A stretch of DNA of 54,539 bases from Gonapodya sp. JEL0774 (Eukaryota), in NCBI GenBank assembly GCA_027604505.1, contig JADIIX010000146.1, positions 1 to 54,539 of the forward strand. The letters are read 5' to 3'. Position 1 is the first letter of the stretch; every line of letters starts with the position of its first letter. The notes below the pieces were generated by a model that saw only the letters and a program-made list of their open reading frames with translations, was not told where the DNA came from and searched no databases. Shown here piece by piece: positions 1-13,796 of this stretch. The position numbers and the translations under genes were made by a program.

Positions 1-808
1 AGTCCAGAATCACACAAGAATGGCTGAAAATAAGCTTTCTGATGACAGAAATCAAATCAGAAAAACTGAAAATGTATAGAGAGATGAAACTGAAGCCAAC
101 CCAGGCTCATAACCTGTTGAGATGGATGTTGGGTTGCTTATCTATATTTTCTCTCTGCACACAACTGAGTTTACAAATTACGCCCTTCACCACACCCAGA
201 TTGACATACAAGCCTTTTTCCACACTCTTTACATTCCTGAGAACAAACAAACTTTGACACTGAACTCGTTTCTGAGCAAACCCCAAAGACAAGAATGCTC
301 AACAATTGAAAGCTGCTTTAAGATCGAGTAAAGCAAAGCATAACTTAGGAATACTTCTCATGGCCTTGTGAAGGGCCATAGCTTGATCAGACATTCTGCA
401 TTCGGGGTGGAAGCCTCCTTGGTGGTGGGTGATTCTTTGTGCAAATTAGTCGAGGATATCTGTGAGGAGAATGTGTTTGTAAAGGTGCCAGCTGGTACAT
501 GTTAGCAATATGGGGCGATGCCTGGCAATGTCCAGAGGTGACCCATTCTGTTTCCAGATTGGGATCACCAAGGCTCCACGCCTTGGTGAGGGGATTAGTT
601 CTGCAACAAAAAGAAAATGAAACAAATACACAAGCACCTCAAGAAGTTCCCCCGTTGCATAAGACATGAATTCTGCAGGGACATTGTCTGTGCCCCATGC
701 CTTCCCCTTGGGAAGTTCCACCAACTTCTTTGGGACTCACGCCACGTCCACTACCTCCTCCACGCTGAGCTCACAGAGGGTCTCATTGTCTGGGTAGGGG
801 AGAATTGG
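1..808 (-). mobile_element. Degenerate non-LTR (LINE-like) retrotransposon reverse transcriptase fragment
   Basis: ORF 446..724(-) reads KAWGTDNVPAEF...LF...IP...VIPIWK.NG...RHRPILL, matching the LINE RT N-terminal motifs KAPGPDGIPAE / VIPIxK / NYRPISL. The frame is broken further downstream. Confidence 0.75.
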
Positions 809-933
809 TGTCACATTCTGTTCGCCCCCAAATGTAGAAGCATTAGTATATTACACGCCACCTCCCTCATCTTATATGGGTAGTCTTGTCATACAAATAT
901 ATAGTACACACAACATCATATATACATATAACT
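809..933 (-). repeat. Putative short (~125 bp) 3' LTR of the copia element
   Basis: Follows the PPT directly, is AT-rich and ends in ...TGTGACA (minus strand) at the junction with the LINE fragment. The 5' TG appears mutated to AG. Confidence 0.6.
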
Positions 934-1664
934 CTCCCCCTGATCATGAACATCAAGATCCATCATTCACATCAGTCATTCCCATAGCAACTAGGTGCTT
1001 CTCAAAGGTTTCCTTTGATAAGGACTTTTTTAAAAGATCAGCAGTATTCAGACTTGTGGGAACGTACAGTAATTGTAGTGTCTTCTTCTCAATTTCTTCA
1101 CGTACAAAGAAATACTTAATATCAAAATGTTTTGTCATTCGATGATTCTTTTGATTATGTGCCAAAGAGATTGTGCCTTTGTTGTCACCAAGTAATTCTT
1201 CAGGTTTCCCCCTTCCAATCAATTCAATATTATCTTGCAAAGGTTGTCGAAGTTCCGTAAAAACCTAGCTATAAAAGCTCCTTTGCCAAATTATGCTGAG
1301 AGACAAATCAGTCAGCTGTTCTTGCTGCCCCAAATTCCAGCTGTTAGCACCTTTGGTTGTCCTTTTCTGCTCAGACGCTTGTCCTCACAGTATTGTTAGC
1401 TTACAAGAGATATGACGTTACATAAACCTTCCAAGGTGTCCAGAAATATGATTTAACCATTTTGCTCCCCCTGACAACATAAACACATAACCCAGGCGGG
1501 ACTTCAAATCCAATTTGTCTGAAGCATATGAGGAATGGTAATATCCATAAAGGTTGGTACAGGTTTTCATCTGCCAAGGATCATTCTTGCGCAGATAAGT
1601 GATTCCAAATGAAGAGTACCCTTCAAGTAATGTAAGAGGTGTAAGAAAGCACTATAATGCTTTG

Positions 1665-2508
1665 TACTGGGGAGTTGGGGTTTGGCGACACAGACTTTGA
1701 TCCACGTCCCCACCAGGATCAATCCCGTATGCAGCGATGATTGGGCAGATGCATCATCAGAGGGACCCACCAGTGGTTCCACTTTGCAACCTCTTCTTGG
1801 TACACTTGAACGTTGCCCACCTGTTGCAGCAATCTGTCCCCCCTGTGCCCTGCCAATTGTGCTGCATGCTGAGCAGATTACATGGAGACAGGTGCAGATG
1901 GAGTCTCAGTGGGAGAAAACTTTAAGATGAAGGTGAATGGGACTGTGGTTTAAGTAATTGGAGTTAGACCAAACGTTTGGCCCCACCAGTATTTGGATGC
2001 GTGCTTGAGGATTAAGGGGGAGGATCAGGTGACGATCTTGCGTTGGCAGTTTGGACTTGTCTTGTCACACAAAGATTGCATCAACTGCGCAAACAGAGAT
2101 TACTTGACACAGTGTTCTAGAGTTGGACTGGCGGTGGAAAAGTGTCTGCTGTCAATCTACCCCCCTCCGCAAGTTTGATACGGTACCCATGTCATGCATC
2201 ACCTGACCAACCATGCGACATTAGATTTGGGTCCCGTGGTGGTGAGGACTTCGGTGGACTCTATCACCCAGATTGAGTGGAGTTACTGTGGACACGCCAG
2301 GACAGAGGTGGGGTCCTTTAGAGTACCCTAGTACTTTGTAAGCTTTTGTGTGTCTTTTGTTTTTGTGACTGAGGGTAGCCATTTTGTACTTGGTGGTTTT
2401 CAACCCTGGAGGTGAGGGATTAGACTTTAGTAGTATTGGTGATTTACTCTTTAGAGGTTTTTGCCTCAGGAGATGACAACTTCCTTAACAAATCCTTGAT
2501 AAACTTCT
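1665..2508. mobile_element. ~840 bp unidentified insertion splitting the copia pol frame
   Basis: Removing it rejoins ...LSNPG to TKHYSAFLHLLHYLKGT, the copia NPxxxHxxAxKRxLRYLKGT motif. TAC occurs at both junctions (1665-1667 and 2509-2511). Confidence 0.65.
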
Positions 2509-3299
2509 TACCAGGATTGCTGAGAGCTTCAGTGAGAACACTGTTGGCAGTAGCACAGTCATGTCAACTAGTAATGACCATGTAATTCACAGCACCAACA
2601 CCAACACTTTCCTCTTCGGTTTTGGGACAATCAGCACTAGATAATATAGCCCCTTGCAGTGTTGGAGTAGACACTGGTAGGCAGTCCAACATTCGAAATT
2701 CTTCTGGAGGAGCAGTAATCTTCTGCTCATTATTGATAGTAATTGTATGAGTAAACAAGTCTCTCAAAGTCGAAGTTCCAGGAAGCCACACAAAGTGCCT
2801 TTAGAAACTTTCCAACACTCTGCTAGTTCTGCAACAAAAAATCATGTTCAGGATCTTCAGGAGCACAAAGGAAGTGAATTGTTTAAATCCCATATCCCTT
2901 AAAGTTTTAATAAATAAGTCATGCCAAACATTCACAGGTTGTTTCAATCCATATCAAGATTTGCGCAGTTTTCACAAGACACCTGTTTTGCTCAATCCAT
3001 GCAGTTGTTCCATATAAACATTTTCAGCACGATCACCATTCCAAAGGGCATTTCCAATATTGAACTGTAAAATTGCATCACCATACTTAGCTGCCAGAGC
3101 TAACAGAATCTTCCAAGACTTCCCATCCATTCGAGCAGCAAAAGTTTGATTGTAATCAATCCCATACTCTTGTGTAAACCCAAGTGCACACCAAAGTGCG
3201 TTGAAACAAATCTTGTCATCCTCCAATTCCTTGGCTGCAAAGAACCATTTGCCAGTCAGTATTGGTGACCTTTTATGAAGTCTTGAGAAGGATACCCAT

Positions 3300-3864
3300 T
3301 TCTGTAGTCCGGGGGAGCCATCAGCTGGTCATCTGGGAAACAGGAGCTTTTGACAGATTTGACAACATATGCAGAATTTGTCTAGCAGCATCATGCTGTC
3401 AAAGAACTATTATGGTTCCACAACATTTTCTCTGAACTTGGAATATCATTGTCATTGAATGTGGAATCAATTCGAAAAGGGAAACTGAATGAATTACTTT
3501 TGTATAGCAACAACAAAGGAGCCTTGTCATTAGCTCACAACCAGAAGATACACAACATGATGAAGCATTTTTAACTCAACTATTTCTGTGTTTGTGAGCA
3601 GATCAAGAACAAGACTCTTCAATTGCCATATGTTCCTACAGGAAAGAACACTGCAGATGTTTTAACTAAAGGGATTTGTTCCCGAAGCATAGAGCTGGTA
3701 TGAGAATGTCTGAGGTCCATGGTGGATCACGATGTTCATGATCAGGGGGAGTGTTGGTGAATAGACACTGTGTACATTATTTGTATGTTTAGCAGGTAAA
3801 CTAATATTAGCCTGTCGTCATAGATGAGCGATACCAACTGGAATATATGCTGTGTTGCACATCA
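3300..3864 (+). mobile_element. Second copia remnant (RNase H end, PPT, short LTR ~3752-3864), same family, opposite orientation
   Basis: NNKGALSLAHNQK..KHF*LNYF..KTLQLPYVPTGKNTADVLTKG at ~3510-3675. It shares GATGTTCATGATCAGGGGGAG with the first element and is followed by TGTTGG...CACATCA. Confidence 0.85.
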
Positions 3865-3968
3865 GAGAGAGAGCTACGAATCTGACATTAGTTGCAGAGT
3901 AAGGCAAAACTGACAGATACAAAAGTGGTCCCTGAGTGAAAGCTGTGCATTTTTGGAGATAGCAAGTA

Positions 3969-6700
3969 CTACAAAGACACTTCATCTTGTACACTAAGTG
4001 AGAGAGCAATAGCAACCTGCAGCTCAAACTCTTCATCTGAGCTTGGGTGCTCTACCTGACCATCAGTGGGGTCTTTTGGAGCTGTACCGCCTTTCCAAGC
4101 TTGAGGTGGTGTCAGAGGACTGCTATTTGCATGCCCTTTCCCAAGCCTTTCAGAGACACTGGTAACATCAAAAGTTCGAACAAGGTCACCCAAGCCCTGG
4201 CTAAGTCTGTCAAACCCTTGACCCATCCAAGATGTGAACTGGACTAAGTCAGTGGCTACCATATCTCCTTCTGTTCTAGTTGCTTGGCTTGCAACACTTC
4301 CAGGCAAGGGTAAGTTTGAGGGTTCCACTGTGTTTGTGTGCAGAATATTCTTCTCACGGTCTCTCTGTGCATCTGCATTTGCTTGCCTTAATTCTGCTGC
4401 AGAAATCTCCATCAGCCTTGGAAGCAACATTGTTATTGTGTCTGACGTAGTCACAACATACTTATTCTTACCTATTATACTCCTGTGAATCTATTGTTAA
4501 TGAAGTAACATTGAGGGTTTCCACAAAGGATGTGGCACCAATCTTGAAATTGATGGATGCAATAATGCACAGGGAACACAGAAAAATACACAGACATACC
4601 AAAGTAGTTAAGGCCCAGCTAGAGTACCCCGCTTGCAAATGTTCTGGTGCCCGGAATCGCAAAATGTACTGCAAATTTGAATGCAACTTTTCTGGTGCCT
4701 GTTTCACAATCAAAAAAACTAATGCAGGGATAATGTTATCAGCATTAGCATTGCAGGCAGTCATATTGTTCTGTTGATCAGTTGAAGAAACCAGCATGCC
4801 TGTTGTAAAATAGTCATTTGTCCAATGAGCTGGTATGCCATGTGAACTGGATGAATGGTGCTCACCAGCGATTATGCGTATGCTATTTGTTATGCATATC
4901 AATTTATCCTTTGGTGCTTTGTAGTTGTTAATTTGCTGGAGTTCTGTTGTACAACACATTATACATATGAGAATCACACAGGAACCTTATTGTTCTCCAT
5001 CTAACAAACCTTTGCCAGCCACATTCCACAGGGATCTTCTCTTAGGGTCAAGATGGAGGTCCAGATGAGATTCTTCAATCCACCTGTGAAGGCCAATCTT
5101 GTTCTCAAGAAGCAGATCATGCTCCACATCCTCTGGAGGGGCAAAGGTCCTGTTAAAAAACAGTTATAGAGCTCTTAATTGTTGGTGCTGATCTGGAAAG
5201 TTTTCCTTCAAGGTGCAAACTTACAGATGTGCAAGTTTGCTCATAACTAATTTTTCAACACCTTCATTTGCCACAGCAAGTTCATTTTCTGATGCGTTCT
5301 TGAACAGGGTGTTGTCTTGAATACAGACAGACATGAACTGTACAAAATGATTTCACCCATTTCAAGAGATCAGGAAGTACTCTTTGCAAACAGAGCTAGC
5401 AGCCTGAAGACGTTTCATTACCTGATAAAATTGGTGTACTTGCGCAGCCTGACGGGTAGGGCTACTACCACCGTGATTAGGGAACTGGGACAAGAAGCTA
5501 TTATTTGTTCACAAACTATTAAGAAGGGCGTTGTCATATACAAGTGGTGCACTTACTTCCGAAGGTAATGTCGGATGGTAATTGCGTCGTCACTTTTGAG
5601 TTTGTCAACAAACCACGCAAATCCCAATGATTCTGTCCCCCTTTGTCCATTGTGTTCGGATCCTGACACTGTAACTGGGGTTGGTGGGACAGACTGTGAT
5701 GCTGAAGATAGGTGTGCAACCGCTGTAATAACACTTGGCTGTGCAAGAGATCCATGTGCAGATTCTGTGGAAAGTACTGGCGGTGAGGGTGCTGATGCTG
5801 GAGAGCTATGACTAGCTAGCCCATGTTGTCGAGAAGGAGAAGCGGACCGTCCACGGACCAAGGCACTGGAAGACGTATGAAGAATGTTGGAAACACGGGA
5901 CGCACCAGCAGGACCCGCAATTGCATTGAAGACAGAGGTGGGTTTCCAGATCGAGGAGAACGATGACGAGGACTGGCCAAGGGATTCAGGACTCTCAGTT
6001 CGAGAACGTGGGATTGCGATGTCGGATGCTCTCGTGGTGCCACCTGCGATGTGATGTTGGAGTAGGCGAGCAGTTGGGGTTTGTACGCTCGTGAGTGTGC
6101 TACCCGTGGAGAGGAGAGAAGGCTCTCCTTGAGTGGCCGCTCGAGAAAGCTCCCGCTGCTCGTGTTCTATGAGTTTCTGTGCCAACCGACTGATGGTGGA
6201 GGAAGGAGCATTGGCGAAACTTAGAGGACCCATCATTCGAGCTTACAAACGACTCAATGGCATTACTTTCCTGTCGGCGTCGAGCTGCCTCCTCCTCAAT
6301 TCATCTGCAACGACGTCCTCCGAATGCTGTAAGAGCCTTGCAATCTCTGCATCATTCGATGTATCGACTGTTGTCATCAGTCAGCAGTACACGTCGTGCG
6401 CTTTAACAGCGGTCGTTCAGATCTGCACACGTTAGCAGTGGACGGAAGTGTACAGGAACTCTGTGTCAATGTGTACGAATTTGCATTCACCCAATTTCGG
6501 TGGGAACGGCACAGGGTTTTCGCAGAGAGAGATGTTTTACAGCGACAGTGGTTATGCAATTGATAGCATATGTAAATTTCGAAGTTTTAATAATGGATAA
6601 CGAAATTGTAACAGCGTGTTGCATTTCATCTCTTCCCTTTCCTGTGGTGGAGCACTAGTCTGTGGCCATTCTCGTGGGAGGCTTTCGGCAAGTGAAACAC
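3969..6700 (-). CDS. VPS9: VPS9-domain Rab5 guanine nucleotide exchange factor (multi-exon; 5' end unresolved)
   Basis: The helical-bundle exon EGVEKLVMSKL precedes the VPS9 domain ELQQINNYKAPKDKLICI..NADNIIPALVF..LHSNLQYILRFR. The C-terminus has a UIM-like DEEFELQVAIALSLS. Stop at 3969-3971. Confidence 0.85.
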
Positions 6701-6771
6701 GAACTTGCCCACGCAAGCGTTCTGCGTAAAACTTCCGACACCTTCTGTACCAACACACCGTTCAAGCAATC

Positions 6772-7712
<941 letters not shown>

Positions 7713-8025
7713 GGCAGGTGTAGGGGTGGGAGAAAAGAACTGGGGGGTTTCTGTTGCTTGCATGATGTGATGAGCGAATATTGTTGCTAGGAGGGGTGAT
7801 TTAAAGGGATCTTCTGCGCAAGAAAGACATGCATGTACATTCCAATCATTTTTTTGTGTTCTTTTCTTCGAGTGAGACGAATTGCGTAAGGTGTGTATGG
7901 AGAGATAACATAGGGGGGTTTCCAGGTGTCTCCACTCTTCCTCATTTGGGTACCAGAAAAGTCAAAAATCACTTCAGAGGAACTTAAAACACCTTAAAGT
8001 TGACTAGCAAGATTTCACATGATAA

Positions 8026-9965
8026 CTATCTCCCAAGCAATTTTGCAACCTCCATAGAATCTGTGATTTTCTCACGTGGTTTTCCCATGGCTGCGCCCCT
8101 CCTTTCCTCCTCCTTTTCGAGCACCTTCCAGTCTTCATACGTGACAGGATGGACCCCTTTGCTTTTCAAAGCTTCTACGATATGGGCTCCCTCTGGATCC
8201 CGGGCACTCGCTCGGAGGGTACCCGCCGCCACATCATCGAAAATAGACGCAGCCGTCTCTTGGGCATCCAGGAGCGTGCTGGCAATAACGCCGGTGGGAC
8301 CGCGTTTGAGCCAACCGGAGACATAGAGGCCTGGGATGGGATCTTCGGAAATGAACTCCTTAAACGGGGTGGGAATACTGGTTGGCTTGAGGAACTAGAG
8401 ATAATGAGAGCGACAGAGAGAAATGGCTCGAAGTAGCGGAGTAACCTCACAATTGCGCCCTCATACACACGTCCGCGGATGTTGGGAACCACACCCCGCT
8501 CTTCGTCGAAAGGTACACCATCCACCTGGATGCTCCGATAGCCAATGCTTCGAAAAATGACTCCACATTCAAGTATTTCCGTCTCCTCTGTGGCAATGCT
8601 ACGAGGATTGTTTGAGGGACCAGACGGAACATTGATGGTAAGCATTAAGCCTCGGACATTGCGCTCAGAACTGACAACAGTAGTCGATGTGAGCACCTCT
8701 TTTGGGGTGCGCCAGAACTTGAGCTCCCATGATTGGTCCACGGATGTGTTCGCTATGATGACGTCGTTCTCTATGTTTCCTCTGGACCTTGTCTTCTTGG
8801 TTGCGACACTGTCTGCATTGTCCAATCCCTTCTCGAGAATCCCCATGAGGCGCTTGCGAGGTCGGTCGTGATCCAGGACACTGGTGCCCGCAGCAACCTC
8901 ACGAGAAAGAAGGTCTGCATCGATGAGGAGTCTAGATCGGGGTAAGGTGAACATTTCGCGGAGCTCTTTCGCGGTGAATGCGATCTGTCAGATGCGCGTC
9001 CCGCGTGCGGATGGCGTTTATGTGGAGAAAGAGGGGGACGATGTCAAACCGAGGCCAAAAAATGGTGTGATAGGACATCTCACCTGAAGAGGGCCGCGTC
9101 TCCCAATCAAAGTCACCTTACGTACCCTGCTCCTCGACAGTTTCTCCACGGCATATTGAGACATATCAGTCTTGGCAAGCCATTCTACCGGAGAAAGTAG
9201 CATCCTTGCCACATCCAGCGCGACATTTCCGTGTCCTATAATGACTGCATGATCCGTCGATTCTAGATCCACTTTCAAATCGGAGAAGCCAGGCATGCCG
9301 TTATACCATGCAACAAATTCGCGAGCCGAGAGAACTCCTTTGGCATCCTCTCCTGGGATACCTAATCGCCGGTCCAAGGTCGCACCATACGAGAGGATGA
9401 CAGCGTCATAGTACGCTTTGAGTGAGGGAAGGTCGATATCACTAGGGAACGAAACTCCTCCAAAGAACCGGACGCGCGGAGACGCCGCTATGGAGTCAAA
9501 TTTGTTGACGACATTCTGATGTGATGTCGACCTTTTCAATCACAGGGAAGTGGACTGATGCTGATATCAAATACCTTAACTTCTGGATGGTCCGGGGCGA
9601 CTCCGTAACGGGCAAGGCCGTATGGAAATGGAAGCTTCTCGAATAGGTCCACCGTCGCATTTGGAAGATACCCGAGCAGCTTATCAGCGGTGTAAAACCC
9701 AGCTTAGCCAATGACGATAACATGAGATTGAATGGCAACCTAATGTAAGAGAATGAATCTCACCAGGGCCACTGCCTACGATCGCGAAACGTAGAGGCTG
9801 GTGCTGTGTGCCGACCTCAGTGAAATACGGCTGACGATTCCATTTCAAGGAGAAGGCACTGCTTGAGGCATCGTTCAAAGCTCGTCGATGATTTTCCCTT
9901 CTAGTGAATCTTGGACGCCATACCGCTTCAAGGAATTTAGATGAAGATCGTGTAATTTGGGACAT
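8026..9965 (-). CDS. ARH1: Mitochondrial NADPH:adrenodoxin (ferredoxin) oxidoreductase
   Basis: Motifs AIVGSGP(AG), [64 protein letters not shown] and GKPREK. The N-terminus is Arg/Ser-rich and presequence-like. Confidence 0.95.
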
Positions 9966-10417
9966 TTTCTGTATCTGGCCCATCGAGTCACCAACAGGTA
10001 AGTACATACGTAATAGCTCAGTGACTTCCAGTCTCCCACGGTATGGTGAAGAGAACTACAGAAACACTACATTTCATGACCTGTTTCTGATCGGATCGGA
10101 CCAAATAGCGAACTACCGGAAAGTGACGGAGAAAGTCACCCAAGCATCCGCCTACATCCAGGTCATCGCAGCAAACAAGTTCGGTCTTCCAATTATCCTG
10201 TCGCTGCAAGCATTTTGAGTCGTATTCCGCTGTTCGACATAATGCGAAACTCCCTGGGCCTCAGAGTCGAAGACTGACAGAAGTTGTGAATCAGCATATT
10301 CTAGCGCGCGTGAACTGTCTCTGTTATTTCAGATGGGTGGCGCATTGGTTGAACTGTTTATCTTCAGTCGCGGTTTATGATGTCATCCTGAATGTTGACT
10401 TACTTTTCGAAACTTCC

Positions 10418-13397
10418 TCATAACCCCCCCAACTTCGACTCGAAATAGCTGACAAGATCACTTTCGTCAATTGAAATCACATCACGCGCCCCAGTTTTTC
10501 TGTCCACAATTTCCACGGTTCCCTCCTTCAGAAACCCTTTCCCAATGATGACCAAGTACGGATATCCCACAAGCTCAGCATCAGTCAGTTTGTATCCGGC
10601 CGGCAAATGTCGATCATCGATCACACAGTCAAAAAAGTTTGGTAGCAGTGACCGTGCCTTCTCTAGAGTGTCATACATCCTCTCCGATGCCTCGACCAAA
10701 CGCGCATTGTTGATTTGCATCGCCTTTGCCTTCTCCGAAAGCTGCAGATCAGTGTCAACTTCACGTCCCGATCCTGCTCTGCCGCCGAATAACGGCGCAA
10801 TGCACACAGTGTAGGGTGCCACTGCCGATGGCCACACAACCCCTTTGTCGTCCCTACCCGCTTCTACGACTGATGCTAAGACCCTGGTTACCCCAACACC
10901 GTAGCATCCCATATGGACGGGTGCATGGGATGTCTTTCCCGTCACAGGGTCGGGTCGGGTGAAAGTCGCACCGAGTGGTTCCGAATATCGCGTACCCAGC
11001 ACAAAGGTGTGTGCAACTTCCACCGCACGGTGGGAAACGAGAGGGGTCACCTGATGTAGGTCAGACCGTTGTATGGAACTATCATCTCCGCGAACATGTG
11101 CAGGCTTATGTGCACATGAAGCACACAAGTCACCTTCCTCAACCTCGTGCACATCCACCAATTGCGTAAGCTTGCTCATTTCCAAAAATCTGTCTGCAAG
11201 CCAGCTCGTTCCGTCGCCCAATTCTTCCCGGACAGCTGCGTATTGGTCCTGTTTGTCGCTCGCGGGATATCGTAAGCTTTCATCCAACAATACGACCGCC
11301 TGCCCCGAAATCTCCCCTAATGATGGCCAATTGAATCCGTTACCTTCTAATCCACCAGACCCGGCAGTGCGACTAACCAACGGTGAGTCCAAGAAGTTTA
11401 TTTCTCGAGATTTCAGGCCAGGCAGACCTCGTAGCTTGACCTCATTGAGCCGCCGACCAGATCTCAGCACAACAATCAAAAGCTCGCATTTTGTGTTGTC
11501 ATTGAGATTGTGTGTGGATTTTGAAATGGTGGGAGATGCAAGAGGCGGTTTTTGCCCAACTGCCAAACGGACGTCAAAGCAACCAGACCCGAGATGTGGA
11601 AGAGATTTTATCACGTCATCCAAGTCCGAGCCTAGAATCGATTCGATACCAGAAACGTTTAGTAGATTACGGATTCGGAGTTCCGCGTCAGATGCTGTCC
11701 GGGATTGGGTGGTGGCAAGTTCGGACGAGGGGGTGGCAAGAGGAACTCCGATTGCGCGCTCGACATTTGCGGCATATCCACATGAATTGCAGTGGATAAG
11801 AGTGTCTTCACCGACTAATTGTGTTAGTTGAGTCACATGGAAAAGGAAGCAAACAGGGTGGTTGGTCGGGCAGTGTAGGAACAGAAACGTCCAATCCAAA
11901 ACCATGCGTCAGAAACCGACAAAATACAATGGGCCACACACCTGGCGTAATCACGTGGTACTCGTGTGAAAGGTTCCCCCCGATAGTACCACTGTCGGCT
12001 TCAGCCTGTACGGAAAGGACATTGTTAGATGAAGATTAGCGACTCTAGTGCACTGGCGCATCGAAAATTGTGCTCCCTCGAGAACTCTCTTGCTTACAGT
12101 TTGAACTCACCTCTACCACCCTTACACCAATCCTCTCAAAAATTCGTCTATACGCTCCCCTCACTTCCTCGTACGTCGATACCGCTCCATCTTCATCCAC
12201 GTCAAAGGTATAAAGATCTTTCATTGTAAACTCCCTCGCCCTGAGTAATCCACCTCGAGGTCGACGCTCGTCTCGGAATTTGGTGCCGACTTGGTACAGA
12301 CGCAGTGGAAGAAGTCGGGATGATGTGAGGTGGGCACCGACAAGGGATGTAATCTCCTCTTCATGGGTGGGGGAGAGGAGAAAGGGTGAGCGTTTGCGGT
12401 CGTGGAGGCGGAACAGCTTGCAGGATAAAGAAGAAAAAATGAGCGAGGGTGGAGCTTGAGTTGCAACGGATTGCGAGAGGCTCAGTCCGATTCAGAGTGT
12501 CGGTAGCCCAAGCTTTATATTGGTCAAACGAGTGAAGATGCCTCACAGATGCCTACCAGGACTTCACGTCAAATCAAAAGCAAGACACTCACGTCCGGTC
12601 CGTAGGCCTCGTACCGTCCAGTAACTTTCCAGTTTTCTGGAGCGAGGAGTAGCGGTAATCGGAGTTTTTGGGCACCTGTGGGGATGGTGGAGGGATTTTG
12701 TGGGGATGACGCGGTCCCGTTAGCTTAAGGATTGTGGTGCCTTCGCATCCACAAGCAAGGAGAGGATAGATAGTCTGTCGTAGTCGCGCTTTCTGAAGAA
12801 ACAACAATAATCCGCGACACTCATTCGAGCACAGATAAAAGGGGTCCAGCGAAAAGCAGCGAGAGCATAAACAGCTCCTGAGGGAGCCCCACGTACCTAT
12901 CGCATACATTTCGTCATCAAGTATAGCCTCAATTTTGTTGAGGGCACGAAGACCGAGCGGGAGTAGGGAGAAGATGCCTGACGAGGACTTGGAGCAGTCG
13001 GGAGTCAGCCCGAAATCCCAAAACAATTCATCGCACAAATACGTATGTAAAGTAAGGCACGTTACCTGGGGACTAGAAGCCAACAACGTACCTGCCTCAC
13101 GAGTCCTGCATTGAGCATGAGATTATAGCTTTGGGACTGCAGTGGCCCATCGTGATGCCCTGATGGAGGCACTTGCGTCGGCAGAAACGAATGCGTAAGT
13201 GAATGCCGGTACTTAGGTGCCCGCATTTGTCGCCGTTTCGGTCCCTGACTCGGGATCGGCGATGCAGCCGATGAAGAATGGCGAGACAAACCACCAAGCT
13301 GCGGCATAGCAATGAATTGGACAGTGTGCCATGTTTTTGACTGCGATTTAGCAAGCCTCAAGCTTGACCCCGAAAGCTCAAAAGCGCCGATGAGCAT
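10418..13397 (-). CDS. AIM10: Mitochondrial (bacterial-type) prolyl-tRNA synthetase
   Basis: Motifs LMLNAGLVRQ, SSGIFSLLPLGLRAL.KI, LVPTSHHP-region motif 2, ADSGTIGGNLSHEYH, GEDTLIHCNSCGYAANVERA, EVAHTFVLGTRYS, HMGCYGVGVTR, WPSAVAPY and anticodon domain DAELVGYP. The start codon is uncertain. Confidence 0.92.
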
Positions 13398-13796
13398 GAG
13401 CCTGTGGGGATACAGCTACTGTGGGTTTGTGTCCAAACGGTTAACAAAACAGGCATTTGGACAACGTGCACTTGACAGGCAACTGCCGACATAACGGACC
13501 ACAAACCAACTAAGAAGTAAAATGTTCAATATATCGTCACTCCGCCAACAGGAGTTCTACGTTTTGCCAGAACTAAGGAATAAGTCCATGTCTGTGTTGC
13601 AAAGAGACGGCGGCATCTCTGGAGGCATTACAAGGGTGATGTGGATATGTATACAGATTCTGTGCCTCACTGCACAGCACAGCGTCCAAGGCTGTGGCCT
13701 CATGCTGTGTTCGGTATTACTCGCCCCCCCACGCCCAGATGTAAAAGGGGGGGGGGGTGGAAAGTGGTCCTTCCTGCTGTTTCAACTGATCTCGCA

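Larger units (their letters stand above)
809..3290 (-). mobile_element. Degenerate Ty1/copia LTR retrotransposon (RT-RNase H, PPT, 3' LTR), 5'-truncated
   Basis: RT motifs GFTQEYGIDYNQTFA..LLALAA..VYMEQ..YGLKQ (2830-3226) and FRMLDCLPVSTP..ADCPKTEEE (2564-2791), then LLHYLKGT (~1620). RNase H reads DNKGTISLAHN..TKHFDIKYFFVRE..YVPTSLNTADLL (953-1240). PPT GGGGGAG at 940-934. Many stops and frameshifts. Confidence 0.9.

Noticed and set aside
10545..11831. Long antisense ORFs over ProRS (similarly over the vWA, TFC3 and transporter genes)
   Set aside because: These are shadow ORFs opposite well-supported genes, with no motifs.
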